From NCBI GenBank assembly GCA_963804995.1, contig CAWDSK010000005.1, positions 1,088,001-1,152,000 on the forward strand: a DNA stretch of 64,000 nucleotides, written 5' to 3'. Each line of letters opens with the position of its first letter. Position 1 is the stretch's first letter. Origin of the DNA: an uncultured Acidobacteriota bacterium. GTDB lineage: Bacteria; Acidobacteriota; Terriglobia; UBA7540. The notes under the pieces are model-generated. The model was not told where the DNA came from. It did no database searches and worked only from the letters and a program-made list of their open reading frames with translations. Shown in pieces: positions 30,024 to 40,888 of the stretch. Position numbers and translations under genes: made by a program.

Positions 30024-33000
30024 CTAGAAGAGCACTTTGAGGGAGAACTGAATCTGGCGGGAATTGCCGCGCGTACTGCTGATCAAGCCGAAGCCCGACC
30101 CGCGGAGGATGTTGGCGGGGGAACCGAAATTGACCAGGTTGAAGGCGTTAAAGAACTCCGCGCGGAACTGTAGCGTTACTGGGTCGCTCTGACGGCGCCG
30201 CCCCAGCGGAGTGTCTTTCAATAGCGCGAAATCGAAGTTGTGGTACGCAGGGCCTCGAAAGGTGCCGCGGCCCAGACTGCCAAACCTTCCCTGGTTGGGC
30301 CCGGTACCGCCGGGAACGTTGATCGGAATCGAAAAGAAGGATCCGTTGTTCGCATCGAGGCCGAAATAATCTTCCCTTACCTTCCGGCGCGTGGAAAACA
30401 CTGGGACGCCGACTTGGTCCGGCTCGTCCCCGCCTCCGGCGCCAAAGCCCGTCTGCTGAATTCCCGAAAACACGGAGAAGGGCGCACCGCTGGTTAGAGT
30501 GGTGACATTCAGCAGTTGCCAGCCCGTGGCCAAGAGCCGTCCGCCCCGCCGAAACGCGGCCAGGCGTTCGAGAGCCGGTACATAGATCACCGTCATGCCG
30601 AAGGTGTGGCGCAGGTCGAAAGTGGAGGGAGCTTTTTCCGAGCCGGGATTCCGCGGGTCCTGGGGCCAGCTTGAAAGGAGCGCGCCGGAACTGAGCGGAG
30701 AAAACCCCGCCAGCGCGCTGCTGGTGTCATCGAGAGATTTACTCAGCGTGTAGCTTACTTGAACTCCCAAGCCGGCTCGCGAAGAGGTTTTGGCCACGTT
30801 GGCCTGGAGGGCGTGGTAAGTGGAGTGTGAACCGCTCACCAGCAGGTATTCCGGGCCGTAGCCGCCCACCACCTGCCCGCCCGGGCCGAACTCGGTATAC
30901 GGCGCAAAACCGGGGCTGGCACCGCTGTAACCGTTCGGGAAGCTGTTCGCGGCGAGCCTTACGCCCACCGTGGCCACGTAAGCGGCACTCAATTTCACCT
31001 CGCCGAGGTCACGGTCTATCCCCGCCGTGTAGGTCGGTACGTAGCCATTGGCGAAGTTCTTGGCCATGATAACCGCCCCGATGGGTTGAACCTGGTGAGC
31101 CGGGGTGATTTGCGCCAAATCTTGTTGGAAACGGAGCACGTCCATTTCGCTGTTCGGCGGGGCATCGGTGGACCGTCCCGTGGGGTAGAGGGGCTGCCCG
31201 CTGGGCGCGTAAATCGGGGGCAGCGTCACGGTTTGGACCTGGTTCTGGGACAACACCGGGTACTGGGGCACCGCCGTGACCAGTAAGTCGAGCAGGTACG
31301 GTGTGCTATCCACGGTGGCGTCATCCTGCCACGAGAGGGGAAGGAGGGTGGTGATAGCGCCACCTGCATGGAGACTGGTCTTTTCCGTAACGCGCCACTC
31401 GGCGGACAGGCGGGGTCCCCAACCTCCCCAATCCATGTTGTAGGACGGCTGAACATTTACCAGCCACTTCTCCCCTGCTCCGGGCGCCCACACGGGGACG
31501 TCCTTCCCATTCGCGTCGACGAAAACGGCTGATGCGGTCAGGTGATGCACCTCCCGAAAGGGCGTATTGAGCTCGTAGCGCAGGCCGTAATTCAGGGCGA
31601 ATTTCGGCGTGACCTTCCAGGAATCCTCGAAGTAGAGGTTATACGCCTCGTTGTGAATATCGCTTTCTCCCTGATGGCTTCCCTGCGGAAACATGGCGGG
31701 GGCGGTGGTGATTTCGTAGCTGAAGGGTGTGCCGGTAAGCAGCCCCACCAGCGAATCGGGCAGCGGGTCGCCAGCGCGCAAGTTGTGTAACCCGCTCAGG
31801 GAGGGAATGTCCGTCGGCGAGTAGGCCGGACCTCCCCCAAACGTGTACCTGCCATTGGGATACATGCCAAAAATCGTAGTGCCGCGGTTAAGGCGCACTT
31901 CCACGCCGAAATTGAAGGTGTGGCTTCGGCGGAGGTAGCTCAGATTCTCCCGCCACTGGAAGACGTTGCCATAGGCCCCACTACTCTTGCCAGAGGCGGA
32001 GTTGAACCCCTCATAGACGGAGTCGCCGAATACGATTCCAGGCTGCGTCGTGTTCAGGGTGGGAAAGACGGGGGTACTCCGTTCGAATCCCAAGACCGAC
32101 TCCAGGGTCACGTTCGGGGAGATATTGCGGGTGTACCGGAGCCCGGCATTCTTTTGGTGATCCAGGAAATGGACAGCAAAGCTCGGGTCAATCGCGGTCT
32201 GATCGGGATTGGAGGTCGGGCCGGTGACGTTGTTCAAACTAAACCGCGCGAAGAGTTGTGCCACGTCGGAGATACGGTGATCGATGCGCACGGAGAACTG
32301 ATCGCTTATCGTCGATACCTTCGATGAGGTCGAATAGGTGCGCGCGCCGTAGGGGCCTTGCGGATTGTCAGGCAGGGGGTAGCGGGCGAGAATGGGAGCG
32401 ACGGAAGCGCTGACCGGCACAATCAGTGCGTCCCCCGGAAAGGCTGTGCGGTCGATCCCACTACGCTCCTCGGCTGTAGGGACAGGAAACACTTGCGTCG
32501 TGCCCAGCACCTGCCGGAACCCCTGGTATTCCCCAAAGTAGAACGTGCGGCCGCGGCCATTGTAGAGGCCGGGGAGGATTACCGGACCGCCGTTCGTGAA
32601 GCCGAATTCATTGCGGATGAATGGCGGGATGCGGCCGGGCAGGGAGTCGGTGCGCCGGTCGAAATAATTCCGCGCGTCAAAGGCGGCATTGCGCACAAAT
32701 TCGAATACCGATCCGTGCACGAAATCGGTCCCGGATTTGGTCACCACGTTCGTGAAGCTCGCCGCGCCGTGCCCAACCTCCGGCGGCATGACGCCGGAGC
32801 TAGCGCGAATCTCCTGGATGGCGTCTATGTTGAAGTTTGAGAAGGTCGCTCCGCCCAGCGACGCGTCGGTGGAATCGATGCCGTCCATGGCGAACACCGC
32901 GGTCGTCCCGCGCTGGCCGTTCACCGCGAACTGTTGGGTGAAATTGGCCGCGCCATTGGTGTCCGTCATGGCGCCGGCCGCCAACAAAAGCAGTTGGCTG

Positions 33001-33455
33001 AAATCACGCTTGTTGAGGGGCAACTCGGAGATCTGGCGGCTGGAAAGTCGCTCGCCGCCGGTGGCCTGGGCTTGGGATCCGGGCGGAGCGGAGTGCAACA
33101 CTACCTGTAGAGGTTCCTTCGCGAACTCGAGCCACGCCGCGACGTGCTCACCGGCGTTAATCACCAGCGGTTTCTCACAGGGTGCCGCCAGTCCCAGCCA
33201 ATGGACACTGAGGGAATACGTTCCGGGAAGAAGGTCGGTGAAACTGAAGGTCCCGGCAGCGTCCGTGGTCGACGTCCGGGGCCATTTCTCCTGGAGTTCG
33301 CGCAGCTCGACCGTGGCGCCTGCCAAGGGCTTCCCCTCGGTCGTGCGGACCACTCCCCGCCACGCCGCTGGAGCCGATTGCCCCCAGCAAATTCCCGAAA
33401 CCAAGCCCAGCCACAGGCAAACGAATCCCGTCAGGAATGTTCGGGCGTGCCTCAT
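30024..33455 (-). CDS. Oar-type TonB-dependent receptor with an N-terminal carboxypeptidase-regulatory-like domain
   Basis: Signal peptide; LPLNKRDF, VNGQR, IDAIQE, TKSGT, DARNYF, NYGLRYE, FRAEFFNAFNLVNF, RQIQFSLKVLF. Confidence 0.93.
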   Translation of the reverse strand: MRHARTFLTGFVCLWLGLVSGICWGQSAPAAWRGVVRTTEGKPLAGATVELRELQEKWPRTSTTDAAGTFSFTDLLPGTYSLSVHWLGLAAPCEKPLVINAGEHVAAWLEFAKEPLQVVLHSAPPGSQAQATGGERLSSRQISELPLNKRDFSQLLLLAAGAMTDTNGAANFTQQFAVNGQRGTTAVFAMDGIDSTDASLGGATFSNFNIDAIQEIRASSGVMPPEVGHGAASFTNVVTKSGTDFVHGSVFEFVRNAAFDARNYFDRRTDSLPGRIPPFIRNEFGFTNGGPVILPGLYNGRGRTFYFGEYQGFRQVLGTTQVFPVPTAEERSGIDRTAFPGDALIVPVSASVAPILARYPLPDNPQGPYGARTYSTSSKVSTISDQFSVRIDHRISDVAQLFARFSLNNVTGPTSNPDQTAIDPSFAVHFLDHQKNAGLRYTRNISPNVTLESVLGFERSTPVFPTLNTTQPGIVFGDSVYEGFNSASGKSSGAYGNVFQWRENLSYLRRSHTFNFGVEVRLNRGTTIFGMYPNGRYTFGGGPAYSPTDIPSLSGLHNLRAGDPLPDSLVGLLTGTPFSYEITTAPAMFPQGSHQGESDIHNEAYNLYFEDSWKVTPKFALNYGLRYELNTPFREVHHLTASAVFVDANGKDVPVWAPGAGEKWLVNVQPSYNMDWGGWGPRLSAEWRVTEKTSLHAGGAITTLLPLSWQDDATVDSTPYLLDLLVTAVPQYPVLSQNQVQTVTLPPIYAPSGQPLYPTGRSTDAPPNSEMDVLRFQQDLAQITPAHQVQPIGAVIMAKNFANGYVPTYTAGIDRDLGEVKLSAAYVATVGVRLAANSFPNGYSGASPGFAPYTEFGPGGQVVGGYGPEYLLVSGSHSTYHALQANVAKTSSRAGLGVQVSYTLSKSLDDTSSALAGFSPLSSGALLSSWPQDPRNPGSEKAPSTFDLRHTFGMTVIYVPALERLAAFRRGGRLLATGWQLLNVTTLTSGAPFSVFSGIQQTGFGAGGGDEPDQVGVPVFSTRRKVREDYFGLDANNGSFFSIPINVPGGTGPNQGRFGSLGRGTFRGPAYHNFDFALLKDTPLGRRRQSDPVTLQFRAEFFNAFNLVNFGSPANILRGSGFGLISSTRGNSRQIQFSLKVLF

Positions 33456-33507
33456 GCTGAGAACCTGCCTGGAACCTTCAGCGAAAGTATGCGAGCCCGG
33501 CCCGCGA

Positions 33508-36500
33508 TTACTGACCGTCCGGCATCTGGTCGGGCAAATCAAGATAGGCCCCGGCGAAGACCAGTCCCCTTTGGACGGGCAGCGTAACACTCACGTGGTT
33601 CTTCGCGCCGGCCCGGGTTTCACTATCCAGGCTGGCGAAATAGCAGCGCGTCTTGCCCCGCTCCTGGGTGCGCAATGTCTTGAAGGGATGCAGGGCCTTC
33701 GGGACACCGTTGACCACGGCGGTCAGCGAGGCAGAGGGGGTGAAGCTGACCTCGCCTGCCGGGGACGTAGTCTTGCCTCCGAGGAGTTGATCTCCTACCC
33801 ACTGGTTATTCTGCTCGACATTCTCATCCTTTATTAGGAATACGAGATAGGCTTTATCGTGCGCCCAGGGCTCCTTGGACCAGGCAGATTCAGGAGTGGG
33901 ACTCGCCAGCAACTCCCTACCGCTTTGCGGAAAGTCGAAGTCGCTCTTGAGCGTTGCTGCCTCCGTCGACGTATCGGCGAGACGCCAGTTGCCGATATAG
34001 CGGGAGACCTGCTGCGCGCGCGCGTCCTCGGGCGGGAAGTTGTGTTCTCCTTTGGCCTCGGAGGCCGGAGCAATCCACAAAATACGCACTTCCTTGCCCG
34101 GCACGGTAACGCGCAGTTTGCTCCCCTGAGGGTATTCGCCGTTCGCGGGCCCGCGCAGGGACATGCCTCCCGGGTATACGTCATCAACTATGAAGTGGGT
34201 CGACGCGGGAGCGTCCAGAGAAAGCTCAAGCTCGGCGATCTGCGTCGCGGCTCCGGGATTGATGAGGAAAACGTAGCCGCGATCTCCTCGAATGTGGGAA
34301 TAGCCGGTCAAACTGTCTGCGTCACCCTGAATGATGTCGGCGTAGCTCACCGAGCGATCAAAGAGCTTGTCGTTCTGCTTCAGGTAATCCTTGTTGGCTT
34401 TGGCCCAATCTTCCCAGTGTTGAGTGAATTGGAATTCGCTTTCGGGCACATTGTCCGGAGCGTCGTCAAACGTCAGTTGGCCTGCCAGCGCCAGGGCACT
34501 CAACAACGCATAACGATAGCCTGCACGGTCATGGTGATGGCTCTCCATGCCAAAGTGATTGACGTTATTCAGCACGTGGTACCAGGGCCGCAACAATCCT
34601 TCGTGCGCCAAGCCATATAGGTAACCCCGATTCATGTCCGCATACAGACGATCAAGATGGATGTCCGGCTCGACCCCGGGATTGGCATCATAGCCTCCCC
34701 CGTGATGGCGGCTGTCAGCAAACCGGCCATACTGGGGATTATCCAGTCCGCTGTCTGCCCCGAGCATCAAGCCCGGCACCGCCTCATGCATTTCCTGGGC
34801 TAGGCGGACCATCCGTTGGCCTTGGGCATAAATCGAATACTTTCCTGGCAGGTGACCGTGCTCAGTCTTATCGCACGGCCACACGGTCCAGAAATCGGCC
34901 CAGTGGAAGCCGCGCAGGTTGTACTTCCGCACCAGCTCGAAGGATCTGCCGAAAGTAGGTTTCTGATTCCGGCGTCAGCTTGCACAGGTAGGGCTCCCAG
35001 TAAGGTGTCATATAGCCCCAGCCGAAGCTCGAACCGAAGTCGTTCCACCAGCCCGTGCCGATGTCGTATTTGTTCGCTAGATCGACCCAGCGCTTGGTTA
35101 GATCGGACGGTATCAGCAGTTCGATGTTGGTAGGGGTGTAGCTATCCATATACTGGACGCCTAACTTGTGGGCCGTAGCGAAGAACCTCTCGGCCCACTC
35201 GGGGTCCTTTTGAAGCTCCTCCGTGCCGACTTTGGCATCCCATCCTTCCAGGTAGATATCGGGGAATTGCTTGTGCACAGGGGACACTTGCGTCTGGTAC
35301 TCGATCACCCAGTCGCGAACGCCACGATCAAATCCGTCCACCTGTTCTCCGGCGAGGCGGTACACCCCGACCACTGCCTTCTCGCCCTCGAATGTCCCAC
35401 CCGCATGGACTGTGACGCCGGGGTAGTACGTCATCGTATCGCCGCGGTGGTCCCAATAGACGGTTTCAAGACACTGGAAGAAGCCACCTTTCTCCGTGCG
35501 TGATACTGGATAGGTGAGCTCAGGTCCGGCGAAAAGATCGAGCAAACGCTCAAGACCCAACGAAGAGACGGTCACGTCCAGGACTTGCAACTCGGAATCA
35601 CTTTTGTTCTTGAAGGTGAACCACTTATGGTAGAAATGGTCCTGGCGCCGCAGTTCGTAGTGGACCGACAGATCTGCCCCGGGCAACGTCAAATCCACAC
35701 GTGCTTGGCTCGTATCCGCAGTCGATCCGGATGTGTCCACGCCTACCAGGGTGAAGTTGGCGGGAACGAGTCCCCCCTTCGAGGTTTCGATCACAAATGG
35801 CCGGGAGTTGGGTGTGCCTGCGCTCTCGCCCGTTACCAGGTTCGTGAGGCGTGCCTCTTTCAGGCCGTCAGTGGTCGAGATCTCTAGTTGCAGGAAGCCG
35901 TTCTTAAGCTGCACGACACTCTTCCTGGGCGTGACAACGGAACTGGGGGCCTTTGCCCAGCGGCTCTCCGCCACAATCAGCGTTGGCCGCAGCGTGTCCG
36001 TAACGATCCGGGTTGGCTTAGGTTCGATGACCAGCGGTCCGGCGCGATCATCCGGGTTGTCGCTCCCCCACTCGTTGTAGTACTGACCCTCGCGGTCATC
36101 GCGCACAGGAACGAGACGGGCAGGAGGGTTCACTACCTGGAAGGCAACGTCACTGTAAGCTTCGAGCTCACAAACGAAGATCCCTAGGCGCTCCGGCAAC
36201 CGTCGCGCTTCGGGGTCAGGAGGTTCCGTGAAGAGAAGGCGCAGGCGGGTGGTGGTAACCGGCTCCAGAGTGTAGCGGACGGAGCTGGTTTCTTGTCCCA
36301 CGATTTGGGCCTTGGCATCTTTCCAGTTGTTTTGATCCCAAAATTGCAGCCGTGCCCACTCCTGAGTGCGGGCCATCGCCGGTCCGCGCACCATGCGGCC
36401 GTCGAAATAACGGACTACCACGCTGGAGATTTTTTGCGCCGTAGGCCACTCGACACCGATGTCACCGGGAAGGTCTTCCGCCCGTACAGCCCAGTAGGTG

Positions 36501-36709
36501 TGTAGACTGCCATCGTTCACTTTGGAAGGCTCGTGCTCTGGGACAACGGTGACGCCGGGCTCCCACGAATGAGCGCGTGCTCCCAGGGCCGACAATGCCA
36601 GATTGTTCGCACTCGCGCCGAAACAGCCCGCCGCTCCCGCAGCGAGGGTGAAGAGAAGGAATGCAAGCCTTGCGAGCAGGCGCTGAGCTTTGGTGCGACC
36701 GCGTGTCAT
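33508..36709 (-). CDS. Large secreted protein (~1066 aa): discoidin/F5-8C-like domain plus putative glycoside-hydrolase core; split by a +1 frameshift at about 34940
   Basis: Signal peptide, NLAL..NDGSLHTYW discoidin-like motif. The two ORFs join as YFRQIL-ELVRKYNLRG if one base is removed. Confidence 0.65.
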
Positions 36710-37079
36710 AGCAGTTCTCCTATTCAGACTGGCCCGTTGGACGGAACTCCCATGCAGGTCCATTTAGGTTGAGTTCCCCGATGCCGGGGGTCGCTTTTAA
36801 GGATGCCGTGAGGGTGCTGTGATACCCGGAGATTGGTTAGAAATTGAAAGCGCCAGGGTGTCATTGATGAGGACAGCCGCGCCCTTGTACGCCGAGCGCG
36901 CCAAGATTGACAGAGAAGTGTAGTTATCAAGGATCACAAAATCAACTGGAATCTCGCCCGCTTGTGGTATATTCCGGCCGGCTCAAGGACCTGTCGCCGC
37001 GAGGCATTCCTGTAAGTCGGGTGTCTCAGTTTCCGCCATCGCCTAAGAAACAGGCTTCAATATCAATTCGCCAGCGACA

Positions 37080-37511
37080 GGCGCCCCAATACGGGTTCGC
37101 CGTCGCCATCCGCTGGACTAAAGCTCTGACCTCCGAATTCGCTGGCGGCCGACCCCCACTTTTCCGCTGTGAAATCTTGGCCCAATAGACTCGGAAACCC
37201 ATTCGCTGCCAACCGACAACCGTGTCACCGTTCACCAAGTGCAAGGCCTGTCGCCAAGGGGCCCAGATTCGGGAAAGCACGACCCAAAACAATCGGTCCT
37301 TCCTCTGCAGTCTCGGCACTCCCTTCCTTCTCTTGAGTACTCCCAGCCGTTGTCGCAAAGCCAGATTCTCCAGAGCCAAGTCACGGCGCTCTCTAAGAGC
37401 GGCAATTATGAAAATGGCCAGCCATCGCAGTGTCACGATCATGGGATGGAGTGTGGAGGTAACGACCTGAAGAAGCAACAGATTTCGAGCTGACGGAGTT
37501 TTGGCGATGGA
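37080..37511 (-). mobile_element. Truncated IS3/IS481-like (integrase-core type) element: left end and transposase N-terminus (ATG 37442)
   Basis: LALENLALRQRL..DRLFWVVLSR..DTVVGW..GFRVYW..GGRP..RMATANPYWGA. With the intron removed, the end reads TGTCCATCGCCAAAACTCC on the minus strand. Confidence 0.75.
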
Positions 37512-39467
37512 GTGTGTCCAGCAAAGGCTGGTATGTTCAGTGGGAGTTAGTCCCACCAAGGCAAGAGTCAGGAGCCTTGTAGCTTGGGTCGCATCCGTGG
37601 AGGAAACGAAGCGGATGAAGCTGACCGACAAAGCCATCCAAGGGATGGTGAGCGAGTCACCGGGCCGTAACGCAAGTGAACCCATAGGTGGCCTCGACAA
37701 AAAAATAGATCCGGAGGCCGAGCCCTCTCCTTCGGGGCGAAGGCAGCATGGCATGACGTGGGCTGACCGAGACGACATGTCACTCCGGCGGGGTGGTAGG
37801 GGCAGCACGGTGGCAAGGGCATGTCAAGCAACTGGAGAAACCGTCCTCGTCCCATCGAGAGATCGGTGGAGCAGGGTAGGCCGTATAACCGGAGACAACG
37901 GGAAATCGGCTGACGGCGAGACGGTGGCGGTTAGGCTCGAAGTAGCGACGAAGTGGGGTAACGCCCATGGAGCGAAGGGGCCTTGCTGCACAGCAAGTCT
38001 TGGCCAACATGGGAGGCAGGGGTGAAATGATAAAAGCGCCCTTTAAGCTGCAAGACCTGCGGCGAAGACTTTACGTCAAGGCGAAGGCTGAACCGACTTG
38101 GCGATTCTGGGGGTTGTATGTCCACGTCTGCAAACGAGAAACTCTCTGGGAAGCGTATCAGCTAGCTAAGGAGAACAAGGGAGCCCCAGGAGTAGATGGG
38201 GTCACGTTCCAGGCAATCGAGGCTGAAGGCTTGCAGGGATTTCTCGAACAGCTTCGCGAGGAGCTGGTGCAGCGGAGATATCGACCTCGACGGCTGCGGA
38301 AGGTAGGGATTCCGAAGGAGGGCGGAAAGGTTCGCCAACTTTCGATTCCTTGCATTCGCGACCGAGTGGTCCAGGGAGCGTTGAAGCTGATCCTGGAACC
38401 GATCTTTGAGGCCGATTTCCAACCGGGATCGTTTGGCTACCGGCCGAAGAAGTCAGCCCACGCTGCGATTCAACGCGTCTCGGAGGCAATCGTGCGGCAC
38501 ATGACCTTTGTCGTTGATCTCAACTTGCGTTCCTACTTCGATACGGTTCGACATTCCCTCGTACTGGAGAAGGTGGCACGGCGAGTGAACGACACCGAGG
38601 TCCTAGGGCTGCTCAAACTGCTGCTGAAGGCGTCGGGGAAGCAGGGTGTTCCGCAAGGCGGGGTGATTTCGCCCTTGCTCAGTAACGTGTACCTCAATGA
38701 GGTGGACAAGATGCTGGAAAAGGCGAAGGAAGTCACCCGCGAGGGGCGGTGGATGAACGTCGAATATGCCAGATTCGCCGATGATCTGGTGGTTCTGGTG
38801 AACGCTCATCCCCGGCAGGCCTGGCTTCGCAAGGCAGTGGAAAAGCGGCTACGGGAGGAGTTGGCCAAGCTGCAGGTTGAGGTGAACGAGGAGAAAAGCC
38901 GGAGGGTGGATCTTCAGCAAGGAGAGAGTTTCGGATTTCTGGGGTTTGAGTTCCGTCGCATCCGCAGTCGGCGGGGCCGATGGATGCCGCTGCGTACGCC
39001 GCGGGGCAAGAAGCGGACGGCATTGCTACGCAAGCTCAAGCTAGTTTTCCGGAGCTATCGCTCTCAGCCTGTGAGGGGGTTGATCGAGCAGATCAATCCC
39101 ATTCTGCGCGGCTGGGTGAACTACTTTGCGGTCGGGCACTCCAGCCGGTGCTTCTCGTATATCCGCGACTGGGTAGAGAAGAAGATTCGGTGCCACTTGG
39201 CGAGGGCCAGACAACGCCCAGGCTTCGGATGGAAGCGGTGGCGTAAGGAGTGGCTGTATGGCACGCTCGGGCTCTTCCACGAGTACCGCGTGGTCCATCA
39301 GTCATCCTCCTGGGCAGCCGCCCCGACCCGATAGGCCCCATAACCCTTGCCGTGAAGTGTGCAGGAACGCGTAGTGCGGGAAATCCGCACGCTACGTGTG
39401 ATGTGGCGGGAGCTGGAAACGGGGCTCGGAGCTTTCTCGGAGCCGCCGCGCCAGTTCCCGACCCTAC
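37512..39467 (+). mobile_element. Full-length group II intron (copy 2), 1956 nt
   Basis: Starts GTGTG, ends CCCTAC; RT ORF in domain IV; domain V at about 39367-39399; 3' boundary supported by divergence from copy 1. Confidence 0.92.
38027..39334 (+). CDS. ltrA: Group II intron reverse transcriptase/maturase, no endonuclease domain
   Basis: GAPGVDG, IPKEGG..RQLSIP..DRVVQ, SFGYRP, PQGGVISPLLSN, RFADD, FLGF, domain X GWVNYF. Confidence 0.95.
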   Translation: MIKAPFKLQDLRRRLYVKAKAEPTWRFWGLYVHVCKRETLWEAYQLAKENKGAPGVDGVTFQAIEAEGLQGFLEQLREELVQRRYRPRRLRKVGIPKEGGKVRQLSIPCIRDRVVQGALKLILEPIFEADFQPGSFGYRPKKSAHAAIQRVSEAIVRHMTFVVDLNLRSYFDTVRHSLVLEKVARRVNDTEVLGLLKLLLKASGKQGVPQGGVISPLLSNVYLNEVDKMLEKAKEVTREGRWMNVEYARFADDLVVLVNAHPRQAWLRKAVEKRLREELAKLQVEVNEEKSRRVDLQQGESFGFLGFEFRRIRSRRGRWMPLRTPRGKKRTALLRKLKLVFRSYRSQPVRGLIEQINPILRGWVNYFAVGHSSRCFSYIRDWVEKKIRCHLARARQRPGFGWKRWRKEWLYGTLGLFHEYRVVHQSSSWAAAPTR

Positions 39468-39491
39468 CACCGCACTCCAATGTTGCTGATT

Positions 39492-40862
39492 TCATAGCCT
39501 GACGGAACTGTGGCGAGCGACAGCCGCGGTGGAATTTGACGCTGGCACGCGGTGGGTGGCGTCAATCGTCATCCAAAGGATGCTGCCGAGAAATGCCAGA
39601 GCGCTGCCTACCGTGAAGGCTCCCGCCCAGCCGACCTGCTGGGCGATCCAGGCGCTTAGGAACGCGGCCAGTCCGCCGCCGAAATTCCCACCCGTATTCA
39701 TCAGGCCCGCCGCCGTGCCCGCGGCATGCCGTGCGAACCCCGTGGCGGTCGTCCAAGCCGGTCCCTCGGCGCCCCACGCGAAGGCCGCACCCAAGGAGAG
39801 CACCAACACCGCAACGCGGGCATCGGCCGCATGCGCCCCCACGTAGACCAGCACCGCGGCGGCGGACAGGCACACGACGGGAACAATCCGACGTCCCCGC
39901 CGGGCGCCCAGCCGCCCGCTCAGCCAATCACTCAGCGCACCGAAGGCGGGCGTGGTGATGCTCCCCAGTATGAAAGGGAGGGCGCTTGCCATGCCGCCAC
40001 GCAGGATGCTGAACTTGCGCACTTCCACCAGGTAGATGAAACCCCACCAGAGGAACATGTATTCGACGTAGCACTCCAGGCCGTACACGATGACGACCTT
40101 CCACACCTGACCGTCCTTTAATAACACCTTCCATGCGCCCTGGGGCGGGGGTGAGGGTTCCGCTGCCGTGCTGTCGGCGACAATGATTTCCAATTCACGC
40201 TGATTCACGCCCCGGTGGTCTCGGGGGTGGTCGGTGGCGTACCACGTCCACAGCAGCGCCAGGGGCGGGCCGATTGTGGAGATAGCCAACAACCCGCCGC
40301 GCCAGCCCAGATGCACCAGCATGTACGAGCCCAACGGCGCATTGATGGCCGATCCGATCAGGCATCCCGTTACGAGGGCGCCATTGGCAAAGGCTCTTTC
40401 CGACTTCCCCAGCCAGTGCGAAATAGCGTTGGCCGCCCCGGGAAACATGGGCGTCTGCGAAACTGCCAGCGCCACCTGCACGAGCAGCAGGGACGCGATG
40501 ACCCCGGTAGCGGAGGTGACAATCCTCCCCGGAAGCACCGCCGTCAGAATGGTCAGCAATGACCAGCTCATGGCGGCAACGCCCAGGGTCAACCGCGGGC
40601 CGAAGCGGTCCGTCCAGATCCCGCCCATGGTCATGCAGGCTGTGTAGCTGAAGAGAAACGCAGAAAAGACCCATCCCAGCCGGACTGGCGATAGATTGAA
40701 CTCATGCATGATCGGCTGGCCGGCAATGGAAATATTCATCCTGAGCACATAACTCAACATAGCGAGACCGACCAGCAGAGTCAGGATCCGCCAACGTACG
40801 CGGGTTGGCCTGGCGGCTTTGTCCGCCTCCCTCGCAGGCGTGATCTCGTGAGCGTTGCTCAT
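39492..40862 (-). CDS. MFS transporter, anion:cation symporter (glucarate/hexuronate-like) family
   Basis: RWRIL, RMNISIA, DRFGPR, ERAFANG, GWR, AGLMNTGGNFGG; about 12 hydrophobic segments. Confidence 0.9.
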   Translation of the reverse strand: MSNAHEITPAREADKAARPTRVRWRILTLLVGLAMLSYVLRMNISIAGQPIMHEFNLSPVRLGWVFSAFLFSYTACMTMGGIWTDRFGPRLTLGVAAMSWSLLTILTAVLPGRIVTSATGVIASLLLVQVALAVSQTPMFPGAANAISHWLGKSERAFANGALVTGCLIGSAINAPLGSYMLVHLGWRGGLLAISTIGPPLALLWTWYATDHPRDHRGVNQRELEIIVADSTAAEPSPPPQGAWKVLLKDGQVWKVVIVYGLECYVEYMFLWWGFIYLVEVRKFSILRGGMASALPFILGSITTPAFGALSDWLSGRLGARRGRRIVPVVCLSAAAVLVYVGAHAADARVAVLVLSLGAAFAWGAEGPAWTTATGFARHAAGTAAGLMNTGGNFGGGLAAFLSAWIAQQVGWAGAFTVGSALAFLGSILWMTIDATHRVPASNSTAAVARHSSVRL

Positions 40863-40888
40863 TCGTTAACCAGAGTTCTCATGGGCGT

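Noticed and set aside
37443..37808. N-terminal part of the 260-aa minus-strand ORF
   Set aside because: It is an antisense read of intron domain I and the IS end; only the part from ATG 37442 resembles a transposase.
37967..39334. RT as a retron, DGR or defence RT
   Set aside because: It has domain X, a GTGTG 5' end, domains V/VI and a second copy; no TR/VR pair or msr-msd was seen.
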